DNA of 64,000 bases from a virus. Below the pieces are notes generated by a model. The model had not been told where the DNA came from. It was given only the letters and a program-made list of their open reading frames with translations, and did not search any database. Numbering within the stretch: position 1 is the stretch's first letter; the number at the start of each line of letters is the position of its first letter. The stretch covers positions 9,179-73,178 of the IMG/VR virus record IMGVR_UViG_3300046747_000551; one strand, 5' to 3'. The translations under genes and the position numbers were made by a program. Positions 1 through 9,604 of this stretch are shown here, piece by piece.

Positions 1-1
1 C

Positions 2-1027
2 GCGCACCATCGTCCAGTAGCCGGGCGAGTCCAGCCCGCCGGCGTTGGCCACGATTTGCAGCATGCCCTCGTAGGTCTGCATGCCGGGGAAAACTTCGCG
101 CTTCTCCTTGATGTTCTCCGACTGCATCGCGTCCAGGCGCACCACGAACCAGCCGCGCGTGGACATCCACTCGAAGTGCAGCTCGGGGTCGAACGAGCCC
201 CAGCCGAAGGTCGGCTCGGTGCGGATGCCCACGTCGTTGTTCCGGTCGTCGGGGTTGAACGCGCCATAGACCTTCAGCCCGCCGCGCTTCGACGTGTTCG
301 AAAGCAGGTTGTCGATGTCGTGCCAGAGTCCCTTGGGCAGGTTGCTGATTTCGTCCACGAACACGAACAGCCGCGAGGTCTCACCAAACTCGGGGTGGGC
401 TTCTTTGCGCCGGAAGCGGGCGACACCTTGCAGCCGGCCGGCGGCTTTCTTGCCCTGGGGAATCACCACGCCGCTGATGGACCCGCGCCGCTTGCGCAGG
501 TCGAGGCCGATGAACAGCTTTCCGATTTCGCCCGGGAGCGGGATGGCGGACTCCCGGTGCAGCGTGACTAGGTGCGAAAAAAGGTTGGCCTCAAGATGGT
601 CCTCGCTCGGGCCGAGGACGCGCACCGAAGTGTATTCGGGGTCGCGCAACCACTCCAGGAAAAACCGAATCGCCATGCTGAACGATTTCGATTGCTTGCC
701 GGCGCCCATGAGGAGACCGAAGTCGTGCTCGTCAACGGCGGACCAGACGCGCTTGGTGTGGTTGGGTCGGGGGTCGAACTGGTTGGGAGTCCAGAGAAGT
801 TGTGCGGCTTCCTCGAACGCACCGTTGGACAGCGCCCAGTGGAGGAGAATGTTGAGGAGTTCAAACGCTTTGGCCTTGGTGTCCACCGACTGCTTGGCGA
901 CCGATGGCGTCGTCTGCGCCGCCCAGGCGCGCACGAGCCGGGCCGCATCGAAAATCTCGCCGGCATGCACCAGCTTCGCGGTCTCGCGAAGCAAACCTTT
1001 GGCCGGGTGTGAATCGGGGAGCGCCAC
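2..1027 (-). CDS. terL: Terminase large subunit, N-terminal ATPase part; runs off the left window edge
   Basis: Hand translation (not in the ORF track) from GTG at 1027: VALPDSHPAK...LLMGAGKQSKS (Walker A-like)...RLFVFVDE (Walker B)...YGAFNP (motif III); open to the window edge. Confidence 0.8.
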   Translation of the reverse strand, partial: MALPDSHPAKGLLRETAKLVHAGEIFDAARLVRAWAAQTTPSVAKQSVDTKAKAFELLNILLHWALSNGAFEEAAQLLWTPNQFDPRPNHTKRVWSAVDEHDFGLLMGAGKQSKSFSMAIRFFLEWLRDPEYTSVRVLGPSEDHLEANLFSHLVTLHRESAIPLPGEIGKLFIGLDLRKRRGSISGVVIPQGKKAAGRLQGVARFRRKEAHPEFGETSRLFVFVDEISNLPKGLWHDIDNLLSNTSKRGGLKVYGAFNPDDRNNDVGIRTEPTFGWGSFDPELHFEWMSTRGWFVVRLDAMQSENIKEKREVFPGMQTYEGMLQIVANAGGLDSPGYWTMVR

Positions 1028-1030
1028 GGG

Positions 1031-1201
1031 TCACCGGATTTTCTTCAGCGCGCGGGCCAGCCGAAAATAGCAGTGGCCCAGCGCGGCGAGGTAGCCGTTG
1101 CGCGGCCGGCGCCGCAGGGCCAGCCAGACCTCGCCCAGGGCGACGACGGTCGGCATCACCGTGAGGAGGAACCACAGCTTCAGGTTGTCCAACCCGTGCA
1201 T
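1031..1201 (-). CDS. Small membrane protein, 56 aa
   Basis: Hand translation MHGLDNLKLWFLLTVMPTVVALGEVWLALRRRPR...; one hydrophobic helix then a basic tail; AATTT precedes the ATG as in other late genes. Confidence 0.5.
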   Translation of the reverse strand: MHGLDNLKLWFLLTVMPTVVALGEVWLALRRRPRNGYLAALGHCYFRLARALKKIR

Positions 1202-1206
1202 AAATT

Positions 1207-1316
1207 GTGGGGCGCGTTGTTTAAGCCGTTAACGCCGGCTGCCACGAGTGACGGGCTGCGGACGTTGCCCGCTGTCACCATTTACCCGCTGACAGGCCAG
1301 CCACTGGGCGCCCCAC
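1207..1316 (-). ncRNA. Candidate structured RNA or 5' leader upstream of the terminase genes
   Basis: 9-bp closing stem GTGGGGCGC/GCGCCCCAC with internal hairpins CTGTCA/TGACAG and GCGGGC-AAC-GTCCGC; the G-U pair works only on the minus strand. Confidence 0.3.
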
Positions 1317-1482
1317 GCCGGAACATTTAGTTGCTCGGCCAAAACGGGCTGTCCTGTCAAATTGGTGGAGACTTTCCTTGGCTGGAATGCGGTGCCCCTG
1401 ACCGCCTGCCCCGTTACCGAGTCCTGGGGGCAGGACCTTCGACGACCAGCGTTAGCTGGGGGCTCGGCGAAATTGTTCATGG

Positions 1483-1758
1483 TCAGGTAACCGTTACGGT
1501 TACAGTTCCCTGTCCCGGTGCGGAAGGCAGCGTGGGACCCAGGATGACCGGACTGTCCGGACCCAGGCCGACGAAGTTCTCGGCGCGGACCTTCCAGTTG
1601 TAAACCGCTGGAGTTGGATTGAAAATGTCCAGGCTCGCAACGGGCGTGTTGGCCTTGAAGTTGAACGGACCGCCGTTCTGGCTTTCATAGACCTTGTAGT
1701 TCGTAACTTGTTCTCCCGCGGGGTTCGCGGGCCATTCTAAGTGCAACGTGGTTGGCAT
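1483..1758 (-). CDS. Stand-alone fibronectin type III domain protein, probable virion decoration
   Basis: LHLEW...VTNYKVY...YNWKVRAEN..G.GP.S FN3 pattern; preceded by late-type promoter TTGACA-N16-CACTTCTTA. Confidence 0.7.
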   Translation of the reverse strand: MPTTLHLEWPANPAGEQVTNYKVYESQNGGPFNFKANTPVASLDIFNPTPAVYNWKVRAENFVGLGPDSPVILGPTLPSAPGQGTVTVTVT

Positions 1759-1763
1759 GTCAC

Positions 1764-2456
1764 CTAAGAAGTGGGCGGTTCCGGCGTTTTGTCAAGCCGC
1801 ATCACGGTGCTGGAGTGCCAAAAAGTTTGGCCCGACGGCGCCCGGTGCCCGAGCTGGCGCAGCCGCTCCGCAATGACCTGATATGTCATCCCCCGCCGGC
1901 GCAGGTCGCGGATGACGACGAGGATATGCCGCTCGTCCGCGTTCTCAGCCGGGTCCGGGTTGTCCCCGAACCGCCGCGGCCCGCCGCAGGGCCGGCCGGT
2001 CTTCGCCGCCGTGCGCCGCCGGCCGTCTTGCAGCTTCTTAACAATGACGGCCTTCTCCCACTGCGCCAGCGCGCCGAGCAGTTGCCGCAGCAACACGCGC
2101 GTCGGGTCGCCGTCCTTGCAGGTCAGTTCCTGGCCGGTGTCCGCGGCGAATACCTTGACGTTTTGCTCCTGGCACTTCACGAAAAAAAGTTCCTGGGCCA
2201 TGAGGTCGCGCGCCACGCGGTCCGCGCGCTCGACGATGATGGCGCCCACGTCGCAGGCCACCGCGAGTTCCAACATCTCAATGAGCATGAGGCGGTCCTC
2301 GAACGCCGCGCCGCCGGACTGTTGCTCCTCGAACGTGCGCGCGATGGTGAACCCGACGTGGTCCGCATACGCGTGCACCGCGTCGCGCTGGCGCTCCAGC
2401 CCGTTCATGTCGAGCTGTTCCTTGGTGCTGACGCGCAGGTATGCGAAAGTTCTCAT
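1764..2456 (-). CDS. Serine recombinase (resolvase/invertase catalytic domain plus short C-terminal DNA-binding region)
   Basis: AYLRVST.EQ catalytic Ser motif, E..SG, DR..L, ERADRVARD, and C-terminal IAERL...G.R...G..WH.STV. Confidence 0.9.
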   Translation of the reverse strand: MRTFAYLRVSTKEQLDMNGLERQRDAVHAYADHVGFTIARTFEEQQSGGAAFEDRLMLIEMLELAVACDVGAIIVERADRVARDLMAQELFFVKCQEQNVKVFAADTGQELTCKDGDPTRVLLRQLLGALAQWEKAVIVKKLQDGRRRTAAKTGRPCGGPRRFGDNPDPAENADERHILVVIRDLRRRGMTYQVIAERLRQLGHRAPSGQTFWHSSTVMRLDKTPEPPTS

Positions 2457-4469
2457 GTAGCGGCGGAAATTAAAATAGCCGGCGGGCTTCCGGTAAACAC
2501 GACAGTCGATTCTACGTCGGTGACCCCGGCGGCGGTCCCGACGTTCACCCAGGTCATCACCTGCTCGTGTCCGTGCCCGGCCAGCCGCAGGTCATCCAGC
2601 TGCCTTGCAAATTCGTCGAGTGTCATTGGAAATGTTCGCTCAGTTTCTTCTCCGGGTCAAGGCCCTGCTCGCGACAAATTTCACGGGCGGAGGTGCTGCC
2701 CACGCCGCACAGGTCCATGACCGCGACCCACGCCGGCGCAATTCGGAAGTTAGTCCCGGCCAGGATGCGGAGCGCGCTTCGCAATAACCACGCGCGGTCG
2801 ATTTTTTCCAGGGTCATAATTTTGCGATGTCGTCTAGCTCAGTATTCCACCGCGCCAGCACTCTGTCAAGGTTGTCCGCATCGGCGGCATTCCGAAGCTG
2901 GCTACGCAGGTCCGGGAGCTGTTCCAAAATGGCTTTGGCAAAAGCCCGGTAGCGAAACTCCCGGCGGATGTGCCCCTGCATTTTGTCCGTGAATTTCTTC
3001 AGCGCGTCAGAATAGTCGAACTGCGCGGTGTGGAGGTCCCCCGTCCAAAGGTCCCCCGTCCAAAAATATGGCTTATAGGGTTTCACTGGGCACGCACAAA
3101 CATACCGCCCGCACGTCGGGCAACAGTCATCAAGGGGGTCGCTTCTCATTCGTCATCTCCCCGTTTCCCCCGTAGGCGTCCCACACGTCCCGCGCATCCG
3201 GATAATTCGCAGTGTCCTGAATGGCGAGCAGCCGCCGCGATATCTCGCGCGACATGGCCACGCACACCTCCTGCATCCGCGTGATGCGCCGTGTCACTAG
3301 CTCACGGGCGTTTATCAGGTGGTTGATTTCCATGTCGCGAAGAGACACCACCTCGCCGGCCTTGGTGCGCCAGTGCGTGAGATGGGAAACCTTCCCGCTG
3401 CCGCCACCACCCCCGCCGCCGATGATGTGGACGTGGACCTCCTTCGCGGTCGCGGGCAGGGCGGTGGCCAGCTTGCGCTTGATGCGCCGGCGCAGTTTCT
3501 TCTTGGTCGTCTTTTTCATCAGGCCTTTCCCGTCCGGGTTTTCTCGGCGGCGGCGCGGGCTTCCGCGGTGGCCTTGACGGTTTTCTTGCGGGCGTTCGTC
3601 GCCTTGGCGAGCTTCCGCTGCTTGGCGGATTCGATGGCGTTGTTGATTCGTTGGATTGTGGCTAGGTCGTTCATAAAATGTTGTTGTAGGGTCCGCTCCA
3701 CATCGGCGGGGCAGTTTGTTCAGCCGCGGTCTTCAGCGCCCGGCGAAACATGCGCGCGTGGTGCCGGGCTTCGTCGTTAGTAAACCACGCCGTCCCGATG
3801 TCGAACGTCTGGTTGCCGACCTTGAACCGCACTTGAAAAGTGTCGTCGGAACGGTCGCCGCCAAGGTGAAGAACGTAAACTCGTGGCTTCATTAGTCCTC
3901 GCAGTCGGGCGCCTCGGGCCAGGAGATTTCCACACCGGTGGCATCACCAAAAGTTTTGCCGACGGCCTTGAAGCCGCGGCCCTCGAAATGCGCAATGACC
4001 CGCGCCCGCGCGCCGGCCAGCGCCTCGGGGTATTCCTGTTCGGGCTTCGTGAGCGAATTGGCGAACACCGACACACTCTTCATCGGCGCGGGCGTGGAGT
4101 GCGCCCACATTATCCGCTCGTCCAAGGCCGCTATCCAGCGCTCCGTGAGGTATTCCGTCCGCTGGACGATGCTCGCCTCGCGGATAGCAGCCTGCCGGCG
4201 GAAGCGCTCGCGCATCTGCTCGACGGTCGGCGGCGGTGGATTAAATGGTTCGGTCTTCATATTCTATCCTTACCAGTGCCATAGATTGGCGGGATGTCAA
4301 GGGTTGCTCGATGGTTTGAGATGAATTGTGCGATTTGGTCCGCGGTGCCCGTAACGATGATTTCCGAGCCGACGCGGTCGATGATGGTGAGCCCGGCGTC
4401 CGTCAACTCGGAAATGAGCGCGGTGGCCCGGGCTTCGTGGCCGGCGTAAACGTGATAGTGGTTGTTCAT
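2453..4469 (-). other. Cluster of small hypothetical genes (2453-2626, 2623-2817, 2814-3149, 3130-3519, 3519-3701, 3671-3892, 3892-4260, 4257-4469)
   Basis: Co-oriented ORFs with abutting or overlapping stop/start codons; two are preceded by TTGACA-N16-CACTG promoters; no recognisable domains. Confidence 0.55.
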
Positions 4470-4698
4470 ATCGTCCTCTACAGTGCCAGATTCCCCGCCG
4501 TTGTCAAGCCCCAGCGCAGCTCCCCATCCAACCAAAAAGCGGTGAAGGGTTCGCTGGTCATGTGAGAACCGTCCACCCACAAGTCCTGGACATAGACTTG
4601 CCGCTCGACCACGGGCCTGGGCATCAGGTCCTCCGCAGGGCGGTTACAGGCGAACCGCAGCGGCCCGCAGTGCTCCAGTTCCTCTCGGGTGTAGGGTT

Positions 4699-5199
4699 TC
4701 ACGCGGGGCAGGTCAAAAGGTTGGTGGTGCGGACGGGCACGACCTTCCAGGCCTTGAAAACCCGGCGCCGCCGGCCGGGCGCTTTCTTCGCGGGCATCGG
4801 CACGCGGACCTGATTGTCCACGAAGGTGCGCCCGTGGACCACGACGTAGTGGCGGGTCACGTTCACGATGACCGGCGCCGCGGCGATGTCCTTGCGGTGC
4901 TCCCGCAAAAAGCGGGCGAGGGTCGGAACCGGGTTCTGGATACGCAGGGGTATTCCCCATTGCGTTTCGTAGCGGTGGTCTTCCGTCCAGCTGTAGATTA
5001 GCTCTAGCTTGAACCCAAGCTCGTTGGCCACGTGCCCGAGCACGAGGTTCGTCACGCCTTTGACCCGGCGCTTGCCGGTGCGGGCGAGGATGTGTTTGTG
5101 GATGACGCTGGTGGGCTGCCCGGTCGTGATGGACAGCGCCGCCGGCCCGCACCAGAGGGTGCCCGGCAGGTCGTGTTTGATTGGGTGTAGTTTACTCAT
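4699..5199 (-). CDS. Papain-fold (C39-like) cysteine peptidase-like protein; paralog of 17290-17727
   Basis: Start MSKLHPIKHDL; WCGPAALSITTG (candidate catalytic Cys) and VNVTRHYVVVHG..FVD (His, Asp). Confidence 0.5.
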   Translation of the reverse strand: MSKLHPIKHDLPGTLWCGPAALSITTGQPTSVIHKHILARTGKRRVKGVTNLVLGHVANELGFKLELIYSWTEDHRYETQWGIPLRIQNPVPTLARFLREHRKDIAAAPVIVNVTRHYVVVHGRTFVDNQVRVPMPAKKAPGRRRRVFKAWKVVPVRTTNLLTCPA

Positions 5200-5642
5200 T
5201 GTGGATTGATGATTGGGGCCGTCCCATAGGGGAACACGAAATACATCTCGCGGCCCACGAAGTCGTTCAACGACTTGGGGGCTGGGGTGGTGTAAAAATA
5301 GCGGGTGAGCCCCACGTCGAAAAAGTAGAGCGGCATGCCCGGCGCCGCCAGCATGTCGAGCATCATCCGCCGGGTCAGCAGCTGCCGGCCGGGGGCTTTG
5401 GGATGTTCGTCGTGCATCACCCCGTAACTTCGCACACGGACCTCGGGCTGTCAAGCCGAGGACTTCGAAATCACGTCCCAGGCCGGCCAGTAAAAGCCGT
5501 GCGCCTGATAGACGAGCCCCTTGCCAAGTAACTCGACCAACGCACTGGGGTCTTTGACCTTGGTGACGGGGAGCGGCTCGCCCAGCATCACGGCTTGGAG
5601 TTGCTCCAGTTCGGGGTCCGAGAGCCGGTCACGAAGTTTCAT
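5196..5642 (-). other. Two small hypothetical genes (5196 to about 5417, and 5451-5642)
   Basis: Co-oriented ORFs; TTGACA-N17-GAAGTT at 5454 precedes the first. Confidence 0.45.
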
Positions 5643-5993
5643 GGTGTGTCAAAAAGTCGCGCGCGAGGATTTTCCTCAAATCGCGCTCGGTTGTCTGAGC
5701 GCCGCCGGCCGGCCCCGCCTCCCCCCGTGCCGGCACCCCGACTTCGCGCCGCGGGCTGGCACGATTCTTGCTTTAGCACGCAAGCCCTTGGACCGCAGCA
5801 CATTGACCGAGTGTCTAGGACCTGGGCACGGGGACCGAGGGGCTCGGCAATAAGTGCCGAGTGACCCGGTTCGTGTCCCGTTGCGAGTCTAGGCCGTTGC
5901 AGAGCAGCTAAGGTGCTGAGGGCCAAGGACCTCCAGGCCGCGCTTCGGAGGGATTGGCGGGTCGTCCCAATATCGGGACAAGTGAGTGAGCAC

Positions 5994-6647
5994 TTACTTA
6001 CCATGCGTTGGCGGGGTCGGGTCGGGCGGCGCGACCTCGGTTCGCTCAGCCGGGGCTACAGGGGCGACAGCTTGGCACACGGCATCGGCCAACTCCCGCA
6101 CAATCTGGTCCGCGGGCTTGGTCGCCGTGCCGACCGAGTTAAGTGATTGGATGACAGCAGCATGCAACGCAGACACATTCATCTGGTCTGGCTCGTCGTC
6201 GCGCTTCGTGCGCTCGCCAACGGTGTCACCAAGTGCGGCGTAACACATTGCGCTGGCCTTCTCTGCCGCCGCGGCGAGGTCCACAAAATAGCGGGCCGAG
6301 AGGATTCTGGCACCGTTCTTGCCTACGTTCGACACTTGGTCGCAAATCTCCTCGGGCGACATGCCCTCAAAGCGACGGATGACGCTGTCCAGGAGCGTGC
6401 GAATGCGGTGGCCTTGCACGAATGCAAGCGCCTTGTTCTGAGCACGTTCGAAATCTCCAGGCTTGCCAGAAGTGGACAAAAGGGTGACGCGCTGAATCTT
6501 CGCCTGCCAGCCCTCGGCATCGGCCAGGGCTTGAACGACCGCCGGCTCCAAATTCAGCGCCTCGGCGGTGCGTGCGACGTCGCCGCACAGTGCCACGTAG
6601 GTGAGCAGAATCTGCGAGACGTCTAACTTGTTCTTGTTGAGCAACAT
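5994..6647 (-). CDS. Probable terminase small subunit
   Basis: N-terminal HTH-like segment (GDVARTAEALNLEPAVV...W), helical middle, Pro-rich tail; same strand as and upstream of terL; followed by a non-coding G/C-tract region. Confidence 0.45.
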   Translation of the reverse strand: MLLNKNKLDVSQILLTYVALCGDVARTAEALNLEPAVVQALADAEGWQAKIQRVTLLSTSGKPGDFERAQNKALAFVQGHRIRTLLDSVIRRFEGMSPEEICDQVSNVGKNGARILSARYFVDLAAAAEKASAMCYAALGDTVGERTKRDDEPDQMNVSALHAAVIQSLNSVGTATKPADQIVRELADAVCQAVAPVAPAERTEVAPPDPTPPTHGK

Positions 6648-6650
6648 AGG

Positions 6651-6812
6651 TTAGCTGCCGAGGGGTTTCTTCGCGCGGTCGGTCGCATGCACGCGCCACC
6701 ACTGCTCCCGTTTTTGTTTTCGGATGAGTTTCTTCGCCTCGGTGTGCAACTTCTGTGCCGCGTGAGGCGCCGCCTTGAAAAGTTCCCGTTCGATGTCTTT
6801 GGGGTCTTGCAT
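6651..6812 (-). CDS. Small basic hypothetical protein, 53 aa
   Basis: Hand translation MQDPKDIERELFKAAPH...; directly follows promoter TTGACA-N16-CACCTCTTA. Confidence 0.5.
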   Translation of the reverse strand: MQDPKDIERELFKAAPHAAQKLHTEAKKLIRKQKREQWWRVHATDRAKKPLGS

Positions 6813-6888
6813 GTCCGTTTAAGAGGTGCGGCCCAGGCGCGAAATGTCAAGGCATGCACTTTGCACGCCTGAAAAGGTAGCCGTGAGG

Positions 6889-7058
6889 CAAGGTGGAGTG
6901 GACGGTCATAACCTGTCTGCTGGGGGGCTATCCTACTCCTATCCTCTTCTAATTCAATAATTTAAGAAGAAGAAGAGGGTATAGTCAACGTGTTTACCTG
7001 AAAATGAGAACCCCCGAAAATGCCCAGCAGACAGGTTATGACCGTCCACTCCACCTTG
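6889..7058. repeat. Perfect 36-bp inverted repeat (6889-6924 / 7023-7058) around a 98-bp relatively AT-rich spacer
   Basis: CAAGGTGGAGTGGACGGTCATAACCTGTCTGCTGGG and its exact reverse complement; lies at the divergence point of the two transcription arms. Confidence 0.95.
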
Positions 7059-7093
7059 ACAAACCCGGAAAAGGCCACACTGGGAAGGGTGAC

Positions 7094-7852
7094 ATGATAT
7101 CGAGCCGCACAGTTCTGCACGAGGCAATACGTCGCCTGCACCAAGTCTGGAAGCGCTGGGACCTTTTCAACCGGGATGGAGTGCCCATGGCCGAGGCCGA
7201 GGCTGCCCGGCTCCGGGATATGAAGGCCGACCTGCTGGCGCGCATTGGTCTGTCGCGCATTCGCAACAAGGCCGCGTGGTATGAACGCGTCGAGAGTGCT
7301 TGTTCGGCACCACCGGTCAAGGTCGCCTCGTCCGTGCCGGCGTGCGTCCGCGACTTCGAGCAGCCGCACGACTGCCCGACGTGGCGCGGCCTGGACAGTG
7401 CGGAACCCGAGCGCAAGGTGGTGGGGCTGGTCTGGTGCCGACGCGTGGGGCGCTGGGCTATTCGCATCCAGTGCCGGCGCATCCAGGGCCAGCGTGCGGA
7501 GTATCTCAACACCGAGACGCACGGCATGTCCTGGGGCCACCTCGCCGTGGCCATCGACCATCTCAAGTGCGTCCTCATTTTTCGCGGGCACCTCAGCTTG
7601 CCGGTGTTCGGCACCCGCACTTCTGCATGGAATGCCTGGAGTTTTGCCAAGGAGAAAATGGACTGTGGCGACGTGGAACTAGACCTGGACAACCCGCTGC
7701 ATGCACACCTCGCGCAATGGCTCTCGCGCCAGGAGAAGCTGACCGAGGACCGCATCAAGTATCCGGATGCCACGCTGCGCGACTACCCCAAAGAGACCGC
7801 GGCCGAGGCGCGCTATATCAATGACGCGTTTGGGAGCAACGTGGCCTCTTGA
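7094..7852 (+). CDS. Hypothetical protein, first gene of the rightward arm
   Basis: ATG directly after TTGACA-N16-CACTGGG promoter; 252-aa ORF. Confidence 0.65.
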   Translation: MISSRTVLHEAIRRLHQVWKRWDLFNRDGVPMAEAEAARLRDMKADLLARIGLSRIRNKAAWYERVESACSAPPVKVASSVPACVRDFEQPHDCPTWRGLDSAEPERKVVGLVWCRRVGRWAIRIQCRRIQGQRAEYLNTETHGMSWGHLAVAIDHLKCVLIFRGHLSLPVFGTRTSAWNAWSFAKEKMDCGDVELDLDNPLHAHLAQWLSRQEKLTEDRIKYPDATLRDYPKETAAEARYINDAFGSNVAS

Positions 7853-7887
7853 CATTTTTCGAAAAGTCCACACTGGGATAGGTAGAG

Positions 7888-8085
7888 ATGAACAAGAAGC
7901 AATGGCAATCACTGGTCGCGGCGTTCCGAGACGCGCGCACCGCGGCCCTGGTCGCAGACGACTACGTAATTGGCGGCACGCACCAAGTCTTGGTGGACAC
8001 TATAGTCCGTCGCGTGGCCGAGAGGTGCGAAGACCCTGAGCTGTTTATTCTCGTGTGCGGCGCGACGGTTCTCAAACCCAAATGA
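7888..8085 (+). CDS. Hypothetical protein
   Basis: ATG directly after promoter at 7849. Confidence 0.6.
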   Translation: MNKKQWQSLVAAFRDARTAALVADDYVIGGTHQVLVDTIVRRVAERCEDPELFILVCGATVLKPK

Positions 8086-8471
8086 AAACGAAACCCTTCA
8101 ACATCGACGAAGCCAAACGAACCCTGCGCGCGGTCACGCTGGCCGGAGAACCGGTGCGCCTTTTCGCGTTCGACCTCAAGGGCGCGTATCCAATCCTTGG
8201 GGCCATTAGCGTGGACGGCGGCAAGAACGAATACACGGCACGCTGGACGCTGGCCGGGCGCTCCACACTGGGCGGCAGCAGCGCCGAGGACTGCTCGTCT
8301 GACCTGCGGTCGCCGGTCGAGACGGTCACGCGCTATATCAATATCTACCGGCGCGCCGACTCTGTTGAGCTGCGGACCGGCCCCGGCGTTTTCGTCACGC
8401 ACAAGGACGCCGAAGACTGCGCGGGCCATTCCCAGTTCGCCGTCGTGGAAATCAAAATCGAGTTGCCATGA
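8082..8471 (+). CDS. Hypothetical protein, tandem paralog A
   Basis: MKTKPFNIDEAKRTLRAVT... nearly identical at both ends to the next gene. Confidence 0.75.
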   Translation: MKTKPFNIDEAKRTLRAVTLAGEPVRLFAFDLKGAYPILGAISVDGGKNEYTARWTLAGRSTLGGSSAEDCSSDLRSPVETVTRYINIYRRADSVELRTGPGVFVTHKDAEDCAGHSQFAVVEIKIELP

Positions 8472-8836
8472 AAACGAAGCCCTTCAACATTGACGAAGCC
8501 AAACGAACCCTGCGTGCGGTCACCCGCAGCGGACAAGCGGTGCGCCTCTTCGTGTTCGACCTTGGCAAGAGCAACGACATCGCGGGCGCCAGGATGACCG
8601 AACATGGGGAAACGCTCACCGGCTGGTATTCCAACGGCCGTTTCTTCACGGACCGCGAGCACGGCAACGACCTGCTCACGCCCGTGGAAACCGTCACGCG
8701 CTACCTCAACCTTTACCGGAAGGGCACGGGTGAAGTGTATCCGGGCGCGGGGGTTTTCGTCACGCGCGAAGACGCCGAAGAGGGCGCGGGGCGTTCCTGC
8801 TTCGCCACCGTGGAAATCCAATTCGAATTGCCGTAA
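8468..8836 (+). CDS. Hypothetical protein, tandem paralog B
   Basis: MKTKPFNIDEAKRTLRAVT...PVETVTRY...GVFVT...VEI..ELP shared with paralog A. Confidence 0.75.
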   Translation: MKTKPFNIDEAKRTLRAVTRSGQAVRLFVFDLGKSNDIAGARMTEHGETLTGWYSNGRFFTDREHGNDLLTPVETVTRYLNLYRKGTGEVYPGAGVFVTREDAEEGAGRSCFATVEIQFELP

Positions 8837-8839
8837 TGT

Positions 8840-9604
8840 ATGAGCCGACAGGAAGACATCAAGGCGCCGCCGCCGGGACCTATTCAGCCCATCTTCAACG
8901 ACAGCCTGACGCAGATAGAACGCGAGCGGCGGATGTTGCGCTATCGTGCGCAGGGCCTGACCAGTCCGGAAGCGACGGAGAACGTGAAGGGAGCCGCCGC
9001 CGCGTTCGGCCAGCAATACGGGAAAATCCCGGGCGCAGCGCTGAAGCGAGCGCCGCAACCGAAAGGCCGGCAGCTCGGGTTATCGCCTACCAAAAGTGCG
9101 GCGACTCCACAGACGCCGATTGGCGCCCAGTTTTTGAAACACCAACCACAACCGAAACCAATGAGCAAAAATCTAATCGTCCCCGTAAACGCGCAGGGCG
9201 CACCAGTGGCTGATACCCGGCCCGAGGCCGCGCGTCCCAAGCTGTCCTTTTCGCCGGCACCCGACGGCACGTTTTGCAAAATCGCAGACCGTCCGCGCCC
9301 GGCCAATCACCCGCTGCACCTGCCGTGGACCCAGAAATATCTGGCCACGCATGATAGCCAGCCTTTCGCTATCGCGATGGATGAGGCTGTTGCGAACCTC
9401 CTATCCAATGCGCTCAACACCTATTTTCAGGCGGTGATGCAACACCAAGCCGAGCAGGAAGCGCGCAAAGCGGCCGAAGCAGCCGCAGCCAATGACGCGG
9501 ACGCGTTCGGCGCGCCGCTGGTCGAAGAGACCGACGCCATCACGGGCGTGCCCGCGAGTGCGGTCGGCGAGCCGAGTGAAATCGAACAGCTGCCCAGCCT
9601 ATGA
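8840..9604 (+). CDS. Hypothetical protein (true start could be 9161)
   Basis: Long ORF abutting its neighbours; low-complexity Ala/Pro/Glu content. Confidence 0.55.
   Translation: MSRQEDIKAPPPGPIQPIFNDSLTQIERERRMLRYRAQGLTSPEATENVKGAAAAFGQQYGKIPGAALKRAPQPKGRQLGLSPTKSAATPQTPIGAQFLKHQPQPKPMSKNLIVPVNAQGAPVADTRPEAARPKLSFSPAPDGTFCKIADRPRPANHPLHLPWTQKYLATHDSQPFAIAMDEAVANLLSNALNTYFQAVMQHQAEQEARKAAEAAAANDADAFGAPLVEETDAITGVPASAVGEPSEIEQLPSL

Noticed and set aside
1363-1440. Minus-strand TCTCCACCA as a tRNA or tmRNA 3' end
   Set aside because: No TTCRA T-loop and no matching 5' acceptor strand found upstream
3033-3065. Short direct repeat AGGTCCCCCGTCCAA / AGGTCCCCGTCCAA
   Set aside because: Two copies only, in frame within a small ORF (WTGDL twice); a minor local duplication
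8082-8836. Tandem paralogs as a DGR template/variable repeat pair
   Set aside because: No reverse transcriptase in the window, and differences are not adenine-specific
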